A stretch of 64,000 nt of DNA from Chrysomallon squamiferum (taxonomy: Eukaryota; Animalia; Mollusca): contig CM022666.1 in the NCBI GenBank assembly GCA_012295275.1, positions 10,416,001 to 10,480,000 of the forward strand, given 5' to 3'. Shown piece after piece: positions 1 through 14,200 of the stretch. Both the position numbers and the translations under genes were made by a program. Under the pieces are notes generated by a model. The model saw only the letters and a program-made list of their open reading frames with translations, did no database searches and was not told where the DNA came from. Each line of letters begins with the position of its first letter. Positions within the stretch are counted from its first letter, which is position 1.

Positions 1-4
1 ATAG

Positions 5-3000
5 ATAACCATATTACTGCAGTACACACTAAGATTTTCTGTTGAGACAAGTGCTCGATTTTCTTCTGTTCAGCGAATAACAGACTACATTGAGGTATGT
101 AAGAATTAATGAATTTTTAATACATTTGCTGGCAAAATGAAATGAAAAAGTCACTGGTAATAATATGTAACAAAGAGTTGTTTTATCTCTGTAGACCTGG
201 CTATGGCTTGACGTGTCTCACGATCAATCCTCCATTGGTGTCACAACCATTGCCATGAAAGATAACACTAAGTGTTTCATCTATGTGAAGGCAGATATAA
301 AAGATCACTTGCTGCTTGTTGTGGTAAGAGAAGCACATGGTTTTCATGATATATATAAAATAATAATTGTTGGTAAGATTGGTAACATGAATATTTTTTC
401 AGAACTTACAGATTGAAGGTAATCCTGCAGGAGAAGCAACTCCTGTACCAGCAAGCTGGCCCAATGAAGGATACATCACATTTTCTAAATACAGGATGCG
501 TTATGGTGATGGACTGCCACTTGTTCTGAAGGGAGTCACACTGAATATTCAGCCAAAGCAAAAAATTGGAATTGTTGGGCAATCTGGTTCAGGTAAGATA
601 CTAATTACAGACTGTAGATCCACTTCGAACAATTCAAATTCATTAAAATCACTTTTTGAAATAGACTGAACAGTGAAAACAATCAGTATATATAATAAAT
701 AAACAGATATCACTAACTCTAGATCAACCTGAAAGAATTCAAATTTATCAAAGTCATATAGCATTTAATTAGACTGATCCTTGTATATTGAATAAACCAG
801 CTGAATTTTTGAGATGTTAGTAATAAAATAAAGTTACTGCACTTTGTGATAGTTTAATTTTATTTAAATACTGATTGTTCTGTTAGGAAAATCATCTCTT
901 GGTGTTGCTCTTTTTCGACTGGCTGAGGCTGCTTCAGGTGCTATAACAATTGATGGACGAAATATTCGTGATGTGAAGTTGACTGACCTTCGTTCTAAGT
1001 TAACAATTCTTGTACAAGACCCAGTATTGTTTGTAGGCACAGTTAGGTAAGATTTCTAGAGGTAGTTAACAGTTCTGTATTTGTTGTAAATTATGGTTGT
1101 TTATTTAAATATTTACTATTTTGTTAAAATATGGCTTTGTGTTATCACTGGTTTGCAAAATTAGTTCTATTTTATTTTACAGACAACAATTTAATGTATT
1201 ATTTTGATGAAATATAACATGAAATATAACTTGTTACATCTGTTTTAGATATAACCTGGACCCTCTGGGATTGTGTCATTCTGACGATACAATCTGGCAA
1301 GCTTTGGAAAAGTGTCACATAAAGGAAAAGGTCAAACATACTTATTGGTTTAATAATGATGATAGTAACTTTAAATAAGTTTTTAATAAAAAGATAAAAA
1401 TGTAATGGAGAATATTAAATTTCATTTTTCTTAATACTATTGTTCACTTAAGCGCATATATGCATGTTCAGTTTTTTTTATTTTTATAATAAATATGTAA
1501 GTAACAGGTATCAGCTATAAAAGGGTAAAGCACAGGATATTGCAATATTACAGAATTCATGTAAATGTATGTAAACAGATATGTCATGTGTCAATTCTTT
1601 ATGAAAAAATTATTTTTGTTGTTTTACATAATTTTTATAATGGTCATTTTATGTAAATTGTAATATTTTTTTATTATAGTTATCTCTGGATTATATATTT
1701 GTTTTTGCTGCAGGTTGCAAGCTTAGAGAACAAACTGGATACTTTGGTAGAAGAAAACGGACGTAATTTTTCCACAGGAGAGAAACAGTTACTTTGTTTA
1801 GCAAGAGCTTTATTACGTCACACAAAGGTATCATTTGAAATAAATTGCAAACTTGTACTGTTTTGTATCTGCTACAAAACTTTTTTTTTATTTGGAACAA
1901 TACTTGATTCACGACAGTTTCAATGGTTAGCGAAGCATTTTAACAATTTCTTCTCATTCATGTAAAAACAAAGGTTTCCATACAAAATGAAATAACAAAT
2001 GGTTGACTTTTCAATCTTATTAAAACCTCCTCTTGAGAAATGGAAGTATATTAAACCGTTTCTCACTCCTCCTGTTCATGTTCATCACACAAAAATTCAT
2101 TAGTAATAATATCCAAAATAATTTTCATACACTTAATTGAGAAATAAAATCTTTTTTACACTACACTGATTAGTGTCACAACAAAGATTCCAAGTAAATT
2201 TCATTGGAATAGATTAAATGTCATTTATAAACATACTTTTCTTTTCTTTTTCCCTGGTATTTTTCTGGTATTTTTTTTTTTTTTCGTTTGAAATTGAATT
2301 GACAATTTTATTAGTATACATTGGTACCTCAACTTACAAGTGTTCGAACCTATGAGTTTTCCAAGTTACAAGCAGTTGCATGGTCAGTTTTTTGCTTTGA
2401 GTTGTCAGCTAAAATCTGAGTTATGAGCGAGCTTCAGATACACTGCTGCTAGTTGGTGCAACCAGCAAAACATCCACACAGCATCCCACATCTCACTTGT
2501 TTGCTTCAGGTGATTACCTTGCCATGGAAGCATCTCTATTGTTAGTGCTTGCGTTCTGTGCAGTATTTTGCCAAATTTCCATGGATCCAAAGAACACGAA
2601 TGCAAAGGACAGTGCTGAGAAGAAGAAGCAGATGATGTCCATTGAATTAAAGCGTGAAATCACAAAAAAACACAAGCAAGGTGTGCATTTAATCAACTTG
2701 GCTAGGCTGTACAAGCATAGTACTTTTATGACATGTACCATACTGAAGCAGAAGGAGTTGATAAAGGCCATATTTCCAGCCAATTTCTAAGCTGCGGATC
2801 TTGGTCCATGGAAAGATGGCAAACCCTAACCCTGTACACTTTACAAAACCAATTAATTTCTTTACATTCTCTGTTATTTTTATAAAATATTAGTCATTTA
2901 TACATACATTGTTCTTATTTAAAAACAAAAAATTGGGGTAGTTTTTTGTGGGCTCGAACAGATTAATGGTATTCCAATTAATTTCTGTTGGGATAACTGA

Positions 3001-3883
3001 TTTGATATACGAGCAAAATGCGTTCAAGCTTGGTCACGGAACGAATTAAATTCGTAAGTCAAGGTACCACTGTATATTAATATTTAGGCAATGTTTAAAT
3101 CTTAGGAATTGTCAAACATTTTCAGATTCTTATTCTTGATGAAGTGTCAGCATCTATAGATACGCAGACTGAGTCTGTGATACTGAACACAATACATGAT
3201 GTGTTCCAGGACTGCACCATTCTTATGATTGCTCATCGTCTTATCACCATTCTTGATTGTGATAAAGTTGTTGTCATGGATGATGGTAAGGTAGGGACAC
3301 ATATTTCTTTCCTTCAGTTTTGTATAAATTTCATAATAATGATAACTTTAAGATTATAATGGTCTGCTATTATTAATTATACATTGTTTTGCTAGTATAC
3401 AAAGTGAAAATTTTAAATAGATATATTATGAACAATCACATCTGGAACTATTTTATATATTGTATACATAACACATAAATTAACATCACCACACACACAC
3501 ATTTAAATTTTGTTTTTTCTAATTACTATAATGATCTGAGGTCAAATAATAAATTAGGAAATCTCATTCCAAATAAAAGCCATATTAACAAAAATTAATT
3601 CTTCATTTTCTAAAACAAAAAGCTTACTTATCATTAATCACCCTCTTAATGCTGATTTCTACAGGTTTTGGAATTTGATTCTCCAAAGGTTCTTCTTGGA
3701 AAAAAATATTCGAAATTTAAAACCATGGTTGAAGCACTAAAGACTCATCCAATAGATTCCATATCGGAGGAGGCAGTTGTCCCACCTGAGGTTTCAAACT
3801 CTCTGCCTAGAGATGTGTTCTGTGAAGATGGTATTGTTTCATCTCTCTCAATGACAGACAAAACTCAGCCCTGGTTCAGTTAG
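5..3883 (+). CDS. ABCC5: ABC transporter C family (MRP, ABCC5-like), 3' part: end of TMD2 plus NBD2; 5' exons lie outside the window
   Basis: Phase-consistent GT-AG exons 5-94, 403-592, 887-1046, 1249-1330, 1714-1827, 3126-3290, 3665-3883(stop). Translation includes [30 protein letters not shown], Walker [25 protein letters not shown], signature [17 protein letters not shown], Walker B ILILDE and H-loop IAHRL. ABCC subfamily is secure; ABCC5 orthology is by recalled resemblance only. Confidence 0.9.
2319..3072 (+). mobile_element. Non-autonomous Tigger/pogo-type (TcMar) DNA transposon, copy 1, in an ABCC intron
   Basis: TA-flanked TIRs CATTGGTACCTCAACTTAC ... GTAAGTCAAGGTACCACTG. Internal remnant [48 protein letters not shown] resembles the N-terminal HTH (psq/CENP-B type) of Tigger transposases. 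Confidence 0.85.
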
Positions 3884-4563
3884 CTAACATACAGAGCTTT
3901 ATTTTTATTTCAGTAATTAGTAGGCTAGTTCAGAAACCAAAAATATTAGAAGCTTTAAGAAGGGCAGACACTCAAAAATAAAAAGATAACTGCAACAAAC
4001 TGAAGTTAAGACATTTTTAAAAGTATTATTAAATGTTATACTGATGTTGCCTAGGTGAGGAAACCTAGCTGATTGGAAATGGCCACACTAATTTAGTGGA
4101 TTTTCAACAAACTTTAAACATTTAAGCCAGTGATTCTTTTAATATAGGAAAAAGTTATGAATTAAAATGATAAATAAAACAGATTTATTTATCTTTAATT
4201 TAGGTAAATGAATTTCAGTATATGTATGTTTAAACAAAAGTGTCTTGCTGAAATATTAAAAAAATATGCACTGATAAAAACCTATAAAAATTCTGTCAAA
4301 ATAATCATTTATATAATTGTGTTGTATAATAGCTCATGTATATTCAAATTATTTTCTTATAGTTGTATATTTTCTACTTTCAATTTTTTAAAGGTTTAAA
4401 TAATTGTATATTTATTTATTTATTTATTTAAGAAAGATGTTACCATGGAAATAAGTGTATCTTAATGCATTTATCCATTCAAATCAAACAAAGAATAGTC
4501 AGAAAATAACAGTTTTAATATAAATCAAGATTATTTTAAAACAGATTAAAATTTTCCAAAACA

Positions 4564-4596
<33 letters not shown>

Positions 4597-5173
4597 GCTT
4601 TTTACAACATTTAATATTATATTATCTTTTGTGTATATTTGCATGTGCGTGTGTTGTTACTATTAATAAATAAAAGTTAAAACAGATTACAAAGAAAAAA
4701 CAAGACCTGTATTGATTGTATTTGTAAGACACACAATAAAAGGAGCAGATTATTATTGGATATTAATGCTGCCAAACTCTGAATTTAAGGTTTTAACACA
4801 TTTCATTGTTATTCTTGTAGATGGTGCCAACATTAAAATTAATTGAAAAACTAAATATGTATATCTTATCTTTAAAAACATGTACCTATTTTGAAGTTAA
4901 GAACCTTTTTAGTTGGGATGAAATGTCAGATTTAAAACCATAAAGATTTAGATTTTAACTAAATTATAATAGGCTAATGTAATGACATGATAATGGTGAT
5001 AAGCATTTAATCTCAGCTAAATAATAATAAAATCACAAAATAGTTAGTTACCAAGGTATGTAAATCAGTATAACTAATGTGTTCTTAGCTCAAACATATC
5101 TTCACCTGGGATGAAATTTAAAAAACAAATATTGTTTACAATTATTGTTAGTTTTAAGCAGCAAATCAATATA

Positions 5174-5925
5174 CTGTGGTACCTCGACTTATGAGTTTAA
5201 TTCATACCGTGACTAAACTGGTATCTCAATTTGCTCATATATCAAATCCATTTTCCCAACTAAAATTAATTGAAATACCATTAATCCGTGCCAGCCTCCC
5301 AAAAACCACCCCATCTTTAAAACAAAAAATTTTGTAATGTGTTTTTAAATAACAAAAATGTATTTATAAATGACAAATATTGTAAAAAACAAAATAAAAG
5401 AGAAATACATTGGTTTTGTAAAGTGTATTTATCTTAAATTTATTTAAATTATTTTAATGCCTTTGGCTGGAGTTATACCCTTTATTGACTCCTTCAGCTT
5501 CAGTATGGTACATGTCGTAGAAGTAGTATGCTTATAGTGCCTAGCCAAGTTGACTACATGGACACCTTGCTCATGTTTTTCTATGAATTCAAGCTTTAAT
5601 TCAATGGACATCATCCACTTTTTCTTCTCAGCACTGTCCTTTGCACTCTCTTTCTTATGATCCATGGTCATTAAAAAGAAATTTGGCAAAATACTGCACA
5701 AAACACAAGCATAACACAAGAGAGATGCTTCCACAGTGAGGTAACCACGTGAAGTAAACGAGTGAGACGTGGGATGCTGGCCAGATGTTAGGTTGTTCGT
5801 TGAGCCAACATGTGGTGGTGTAACTGAAGCTCACTCATAACTCAGATTTTGGTTTGCAACTCAAAGCAAAAAATCGACCAGCCAACTGCTTATAACTCGA
5901 AAAACTCTTAAGTTATGTAACACTG
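5174..5925 (-). mobile_element. Non-autonomous Tigger-type transposon, copy 2
   Basis: TA-CTGTGGTACCTCGACTTATGAG at the left end and degenerate ...CACTG-TA at the right. Minus-strand ORF 5444-5734 ([37 protein letters not shown]) is homologous to copy 1. Confidence 0.85.
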
Positions 5926-7359
5926 TAAATAAATAAAAACAAAAAAAATGAATTTTATGTTTTGCAAATGAAAATTAATTTAATGATCATAACATTTTTA
6001 TATTATTACTCAAATACCAAAGCAGTTTGTTGTTACCAACACTGATAGAGTATCTAGTACATGCAGATGGGAACAGCTCATTATGGGACTTTTTTCCAGT
6101 CAATTATTGTTGCTAATAGAATGATGATTGCATTTCTTCTCACATAACAAGACAAGGAAAGATATATTTGGTAGACAAAATGTGACTGAATCATTAACTA
6201 TTCATTCATTCATTAGTATTCATAATTTATTTATTCATTTCTATACATGACTAACAAATAGTATATTTTAAAAAGGATCAAGTTGTATTATTTGGTAAAT
6301 ATCACCTTTATTTAGTTAACCTTATCAGACTGAGCCAACATTGTTACTGTTTCTGAGGACCCAGTTCTCTAGGACTTTTCCCCATCCTAAAATGTATAAT
6401 GTTACAATATTTATTTTATTACTGTTACTACTACAGCTACTATAACTACTATTACAGCTACTAATAATATATACTTACAAAATATTTCTAATGGTTTAAG
6501 TAAAAAAAAAAATGCAGTAGAGTGGCAGATAGAACTTTAGTCAAAATAACATTTGTAATCAACTGTATCATTACTTACTATAAATGCAGAAAAACATTTT
6601 TATACTACTCAGAATACTATCATCCCAACTTATCAACTGAAAATCATATGTGCAAGATTGTCTAAATTTAATTTTACAAATTCTGTTTTACAATTCCCTG
6701 CTATCTGCCAGTTAGCTTATACATTCTTATGTCAGAAACAAAGCCCCTAAATCAAAGTAAATAAAAATACATATATAATTAATTTTGATTCCATAAATAA
6801 GAAAACAATATTAGTGGAATATTTTTCAACAATTTTATTTAATTTCTCTGAGGTTGCCTTTTAAATTATAGCAGATGTGTTCCTACAGATGACATATGAT
6901 AGAATTAATGGCTGTCAAGGCCTTTTATTGAAAAACCAAGATGTTTTCTAGGTGTGTGTGTGTGTGTGCTACTCATTATTTTGGTTTGGTCACTGGTATT
7001 TTACAAAACAAAAATAATTATATTTAAAAAAAAAAATTTTTAAAAAAAAAAAATGTATGTTTAATGGTCAAATATATTGGTTTGGTGTACGTACAAGAAT
7101 ATATAAATTTCATCCAATTTGTTAAACCGACACTGAGAGTTACAGTAACACTAACAGTGATGATGAATAACACATTGGTATGGTTGATATTGTTATTTTA
7201 AAACAAATTTAATAAAAAGTATACAGACCGATTATTACTATAGTTATCGCAAAAAGAATTAATAATAATAATGAAATAAATGATGGGAATAAATTCAATG
7301 TTTTGATTTAATAAAATAAAATAAATCTACAAATGTCATCGAAATGTGAATAGCCATTA

Positions 7360-7700
7360 TTTTTCGCGGGATTCTTCATGGACGTCATCAGGGGAAATCC
7401 CTCAAACAGTTGACCATGACCTCTACCTTTAATTTACATGGAGATGTCCAAAGCACGAGTCATAATTTCCTTCCTGTCGAAATGCTATATATAGCTAACA
7501 ACAGATATCAAGAACACCGGAGGTAATATTTATTAATTGTTTATAATTTTATTCAGTCTTGCAGATAGTACATACCTTCCACAATAGCAAAAGAAATACT
7601 GCTGGTAACAGGTTTCCGATGCAAGTGAAATATGTCAAATGCCAAGATGGCGGCGGGCACTTCCTGTCGTATCAATTGCTCGATTCTGGTTAAACCATTA
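7360..7700 (+). promoter_or_regulatory. Putative promoter / first non-coding exon region, probably of the RING-SH2-pseudokinase gene
   Basis: Local CpG enrichment in a CpG-poor window. Motifs: CRE-like GACGTCA (7381), kappaB-type GGGGAAATCCC (7391-7401), TGACCATGACCT (7411-7422), TATATATA (~7486), donor-like GAG|GTAATA (7522/7523), YY1 CAAGATGGCGGC (7643-7654) followed by ETS-like CACTTCCTG. The gene assignment is inference. Confidence 0.5.
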
Positions 7701-8226
7701 AATATTTTCAGGTTTTTTATGCATTTTCTATAATATTTGTAGTATAATCATTCTTAATATCAGTATAATTTAATAAATTTAATTTGTTTCATTGAGTTTA
7801 TGTCTGCTTTGCGATAATTAATATGCACTTCAGTAAGGTTGCAAAATCTTGAAATGGGTAACCCGGTAACGAGTAAGGGTCTGATTCTGAAGTTGAACGA
7901 TTAGAAGGGGTTATAAGGAAACTATGGACAGGCATAAAAAAAAAAAAAAAAAATCAGAGTAATTATTGTTCATAATTTTTTTCTACCATTACGTTATTTC
8001 ACCAATAATATTTATTTGCTTTAAAAGATAGTTATAACAAATTTAATTTGCATATAAATTATAATTGATATACGATATAATTAACTGTAAATAATAAAAC
8101 AGTCTCAGAGTCTGGTGTAGGTAAAAAGTATTTTAAAAATGAAAATGCCTATTTGAAATATTTATACAGTAAATAATTCTTCAACAAGATAGTATTTATG
8201 TTGTTTCATTCCCTCTTTAGTTTATA

Positions 8227-8264
<38 letters not shown>

Positions 8265-11200
8265 TTAAAATATTTATAAGCTGAATGTTAGATATTTTCC
8301 TTTTTAAACTATACCTGTTTATTATCAAAAATGCAACTCATATTTGAATGATGTTCATAACAGGTAATGTTTATAGATGAAAATTCTCAGCAGAATCCAC
8401 AAAATGATAGGATTCTGTTTTTTATAATAACAGATTCACAAATCTGATAAAGTTTAATGAAAAAAAAATATATATAAAAAAAGGAAGAACTAATGCATTT
8501 ATTAAATTCCCGTGAATGAAATTATGAAAAAAAGGCAGACAAAAATTCAAAAATATTGCATGAAGAATCAATAATGTTCAAGCAACTTAATTCTGATTAA
8601 TTTGTCCATAATGTAGAGGTAACTGCAAGTTAAATCAAAACCTACACACATCTGTAACATGCTGTACAGTAATCAGATTGCCAGCCAGTATTTATTAATA
8701 ACTAATTTACTTAATTAAGTGATTGGTATGACAACAGTTTGTGTCATGGTTTTTTATTAAAGGGTGGTGCAGAATCAGATTAAAAAAAACAGATTTTAGA
8801 TGTTAATCTAAATGTTTATGTTAAAGATGATTTTAGCAGATAGTATATTGTGTTAATTTGTTACATATTACTTAATATACAGTGTTGTTTATGCATATTA
8901 TATGCATTGTTATTTATATGAGTCATTGTTCAGTATTCAGTGTTTATATCAGATATAGTTTTGTATCTATGTCAAACATTACTTAGTGCATTGTATTAAT
9001 ATCAGATATTGCTCACAGTTTCAAAATTATATTAAATGTTATTTAGTATGCAATGTTATATCGGATATAATTTAGTACATAATTATTTTGTTTATACATT
9101 ATGATAATATTATTTAGAATTAAATATTATTTATATCAGATTTAGTTTATTATATACTGTTAGTTTTTACTTCTTGAATCACTGAATATTTCAATTTATT
9201 TTTTTCATTTTTTTTTCAATAGTAATCAAAGAGATAAAAATTATGTTTAATTTTTTTTTCTTTTTTTAACTTTTTTTTTTATATACCTAGTTTTGGATTA
9301 AATATCTTCAGAATATATAGCCTGTTTGTAATTTATAGATAGCAAATTATTTTCCACATGAGGTTTTATATTTACGTTGAAAGTGATGACAAGACTACTG
9401 TATTAAAGTCCAATGTAAGTATGGTATTTACTTATATACAAAAAGTGTACAAATGCCAAAAGTGATTACAGAAGTACTGTAACATAGACCAGCATAAATG
9501 GCATGCACTGCAGTATTAATGAGTGTATTTCCTGTTGTATTGTCACCTCCCATTGATAAACTGTTCCAGTCTCAAAAAAAGTATGTCTTCAGAGTTTTGT
9601 TATTTCAAACTTCAAACATTTATTTTTAAACAAATTTTATATTAGGACTATAAAGTCTTTTATTTGATCTATTCATGCATATAATCAAGGTGTATCTCGA
9701 ATATGAAAGATACTATTTGCATAACATTTATGAAAACTGTCTGAGCAGAAAGATTGTTTTCTATTAATTAGTCAAACAAATCTTGTGTTGTTTTGCTGTG
9801 ATGAATATGGTCCTGTGTTTGGCTTCAAGCTTTTCATTGTTGATGGCCAACAATTTTACTTAACTAGTTAGTATCTGTTGCTTACTGAGCTTTAAACAAT
9901 ATTATGTTTAGTTTTCTTTTGAAGATACTGTGTATGTGTTTGTTTATGTCCCATTCACCTAAATAATTCACCATTCATTCTAAATAACTTGTCATTTTAA
10001 TGAAATTCTTAGAAATGAATTCTAAATACTGAAACAATATGGTCATGGTAAATTATTTTATATAAATAAAATTACAATAAAAAAATATTTTAAAAAGTAA
10101 AAATATAAACCAAATCCAACAGAATTAATCAGATATAATAAACTGAGAAGCACTGAATTAATTTCCTGATACCTGTTTTAGGAACATAACACAAAAGTGA
10201 ATTTGCATAGTTTATGTGACTAACCTGCTTACTTTAGAACGTACTTGGTTAAGAAATAATCCAAGTTTATTTATGTTACAGGAGCAGAAAAAAATAATAG
10301 ACATTTGTTTTTTCATTTTCATAGCAACAGTGCTTTATAATAACAAAAAAGTTTAAATGTTTGTGTTTTTTTCCTTCACATCTATTTCATGTATTTGTTT
10401 AAGTGTAACCAAAATTTATATTAAAACTCAGCAGTCAAGCTTTTGATGCAGCTTATTTGATCTAATTTCAAATCATCTATAGGCTATATATTGTTTACAA
10501 CCAAATTTTACAACATAGAATTTTCATGACTATCCACTGAGATTTTTATCTGTCACACTGTCATATGAAACACAGATTGACATTATGCTGGTTAGTAGAA
10601 AAATATTACTATAAGAATAATCAGATATTTCTATTCATTTATATATGAACAGCTGAGAACAGCTGTGATCTAACTCCAGTAGAATACGAAAAAAGATTCA
10701 ATTGTATGGTGATCAACATTGATAAGATCTGTCAGTGAGAGAATGTTTTTGTTTTACGTTGGTCATATTTAACAGTATTCCAATTCAACTTTGTATTCAT
10801 TTGATTATATACTTGATGTCTTGAACACCATTTATCTCAGAAATTATTTTCTGTGTGTTAGCACATTCATACTTACCATTGTTTTTTCTTCTTCTTCGTC
10901 GTCTTATTATTATATTATCTTTAAATGTGTTATTAATTTTGTTTAGTGACACAGTTACCTTCTGGATAAAATTGTTACATACAGTTTAATATTATATGCA
11001 ACACAAAGCAAGACTTCTTGTCAGTTATGTAAGCTATGCAGTTTGTTCATACATAATCCTGAATTATCCTCATCATTGATGCTGCCAATAAGAAGTATAT
11101 AGTAGTTATATAGAATCTTAGGTTTAATTGTAAGTATAATAGAAAATCAGTGTTTCATATATCCACTGACATTTTGAAGGGAATCTAAATCACCTTGCAG

Positions 11201-14200
11201 CCAATTCAAAGAAGCCAGCATGCTAAATCTTTAATCTCGTTTAGTGAAACTATAGATGATGCACATAGCTGTTGTTGGATTATTTGGTTGATGTAAGCCA
11301 AATTACTGAAAAATGGATAAAACAGTTAAAAGAAACTTAGTCAGATGTTCCATTTTCAAATAGTCATTTTGAGAAACATTGTCATTTATATTATCATCTG
11401 TATAACAGGGCTGGAATCTCCTGAATATGATTGATTAGATTACAAAGAATTATGATTGCTGCACTGTCAGTCGTGTAATTTAGAAAATGGTAATGCTGTG
11501 TAGTTCAGGTTGCAAAATAAGGGACATGTAGATGATAGCTAAGTAAATGAAATGAGGTACATTGGAAATTGACCAGTCAGTGTATTACAGTGTGTTGTCT
11601 TAAACTGTGTTTTCAGTTACACATAATTAACAATTTGAACACTTTCTCTGATACTGTGATATTCAGTATTAAGTACTTGGTGTTTAGTTTTGTTATCGTA
11701 TTAAGTTTTAACTTCACCAGCATACCATACCATGAAGATATTTGTTCAAGTGGAGGAATATTTGTTAAACTTGTGTCAACAAGTTAGTCAAGCATGACAA
11801 TAGGGTGAACATTTCATAGTCTGAATGACATTCCACAGCTGAATGAGTTCATGGCTCTGAGATTAAACTGTTACAGTAAACTTACACTATTGTTTCTTTA
11901 TAAGTCAAGTTAATTAGAGCATTTCAAACATATACCAGTGTTTCACATGTTTTTAGGTAGAAATTAAGGTCTAATCCTATTGTTATAGAGAGAATAAGTA
12001 CAGCTAGTGATTGAAACTTTGTACATTTTGTTATTGAAATAGTGTTTGCTCTAGGGCTAGATTAAATTTAATAATATGATGAATTCTAAAATTTGATATC
12101 AGTATAGGAACCAAATTTATGCTGCAACAGACTGATCAGATTTTCTACAGATATTCTAGTTGCAGTTTCTTTTACTATTATTTATTTATTTTTGTGATTT
12201 TAACAGCACAAGTCACTACTTACACTAGTACCTTTTTAACCTGATGGATGAACATAAACATCCATACTTGATATTTTTATATTTTGGAATACTTATAATA
12301 CAAAAATAATAATAATAAAATTCAAAATAAAAAAAATATGAAAACAGTTCTAAGACTGTTGTGTATTACTTGGAATGGCTTTTTATAATAGTAAGTATAT
12401 GAGAACCTGGTAACCCTTTGGGTGTGGTTTTGTACTGTTCTGTCAAGTGTATGTTTTATTGAGATGGATTTATCAAACAAATGGCAGTGTGAAACCCACT
12501 TGATGAATTGACATTTCTTTGATGCTTGTTGTCTGCTATCATTGTAAAACTAATGACAGTGTTTATTTTAGTCATACATTCTTGTCATTTCCAAACTTCC
12601 ACTAAGACAGACAGTGTGAATGTATTATTGAATATATTTCTTGTTTTTATCTCTACTATTTCTTCATTAAAAATAGTCTCTAATGTTTTATTTAAATATA
12701 AATGGATGACAATTATTTAATTTATTTAGATGTTATTTTTGTAATCAGTAATTTAGAATTAAAAATGTCGATATAAAATATAATTAAATAAAACTAATAA
12801 TTTTTTTTTTTTAAATAAGTAATAGAAACAAAAACAGCTTCCTCAAAACTTATAAGTGATTTTTTTAGATGTGTTCTAGCATTATTAATTTTCAGTAAAC
12901 TTCTATTGCAACTATCTTTTTTTTACATATTTTATTTATTTTGCATAAGCTAAGCAGATGACATATCTAATCAGTTTGTGCTCTCTGATTGTGTAAACAA
13001 CAATCTAAATGGGATGATACTTGATGTACACAGTGAAAATATTGTTACAGTTTCAATGGTTTCAAGTTCCACATTCTTTAGCCTTTTTGTATCAGATTAA
13101 GAGATCAGTAAACATATAATGTACATCAGATACACAGTTTTCTTGGGTTTGAGAGTATGCATAAACTAAACCATTTATTTAGAAGTTGTTGTTAACTTCT
13201 GTCTAAAATGTTTCTTTTTATTTCTGACAATTTCACATTTTAATATTAAAAAAACAAAACACCATGGATTTTATAATTTTAAAATTTATTTTTAAAAAGA
13301 TCCAATCTAATGTTTTTAAAATCTTATAATATTAACTTTTTCACAAACTTCTTCATCATCATAGAATAATTTCCTGTGTTGTTATTTTATTACTTCCTGC
13401 ACCATTATAACTTGCATATCTTGAATTTCATATTGTATATTGCTGACAGACTCCAAATGAAGAGTTGTTTTATTTCTGTATGGAATGCTTCCTGTGTGTG
13501 TGTGCAAGACAAACTTGTAGATCCTAATGTTAATGCTGTAGCTGCGCAATGCTGTCACACTCATGGCAAATTATCATAAGGCAACAGTTTCTGCTTTAAC
13601 CGGACATTTATTTACATGTTAACAACAATGTACTAAGCAGACTGACTTTCAAATCTTCATTGCTTCATATAATTTCACAATAAACATTCATTCAGTTGTT
13701 GAATTTTGTTTAACTGAAATGAAAATAATTAATTATTATTTGTAATTTACAAGGTTACACTTTCTAACACAGGTAAATTGTTTCTCACAACCAAAGAAGA
13801 AGTTAAAAATAAAATTATATTTTAATTATATAAAGGCGACCCATAGCTATACGGCAGTTTTTAAGAAATTAATATATTAGATGAAGATATTTTAGGTGTT
13901 AGAGGCCATGCACTGGAGTTGCTAAATAACACTGTTAACTGCTGTTTTCACAGGCTACAAAAGGCTGTTTAATGAAGGGACTGTTTGCAAATGTGACCTG
14001 CCCACTTCCTGTTTTCCTAAAGCTATGACATCAGTGGTTATTTGTTGATCCAATTGATCACAATGACATGAGCAAATAGTGGGGTGCAGTCACAGTGTGT
14101 GTTGTTCAATCATGACCCCCTTCCTAGACCCCATTCTTCTTTCAGACAGAAAACATGTGAGAAAAGATAATAATTACATAAAATCACTACCCATTTTGGT

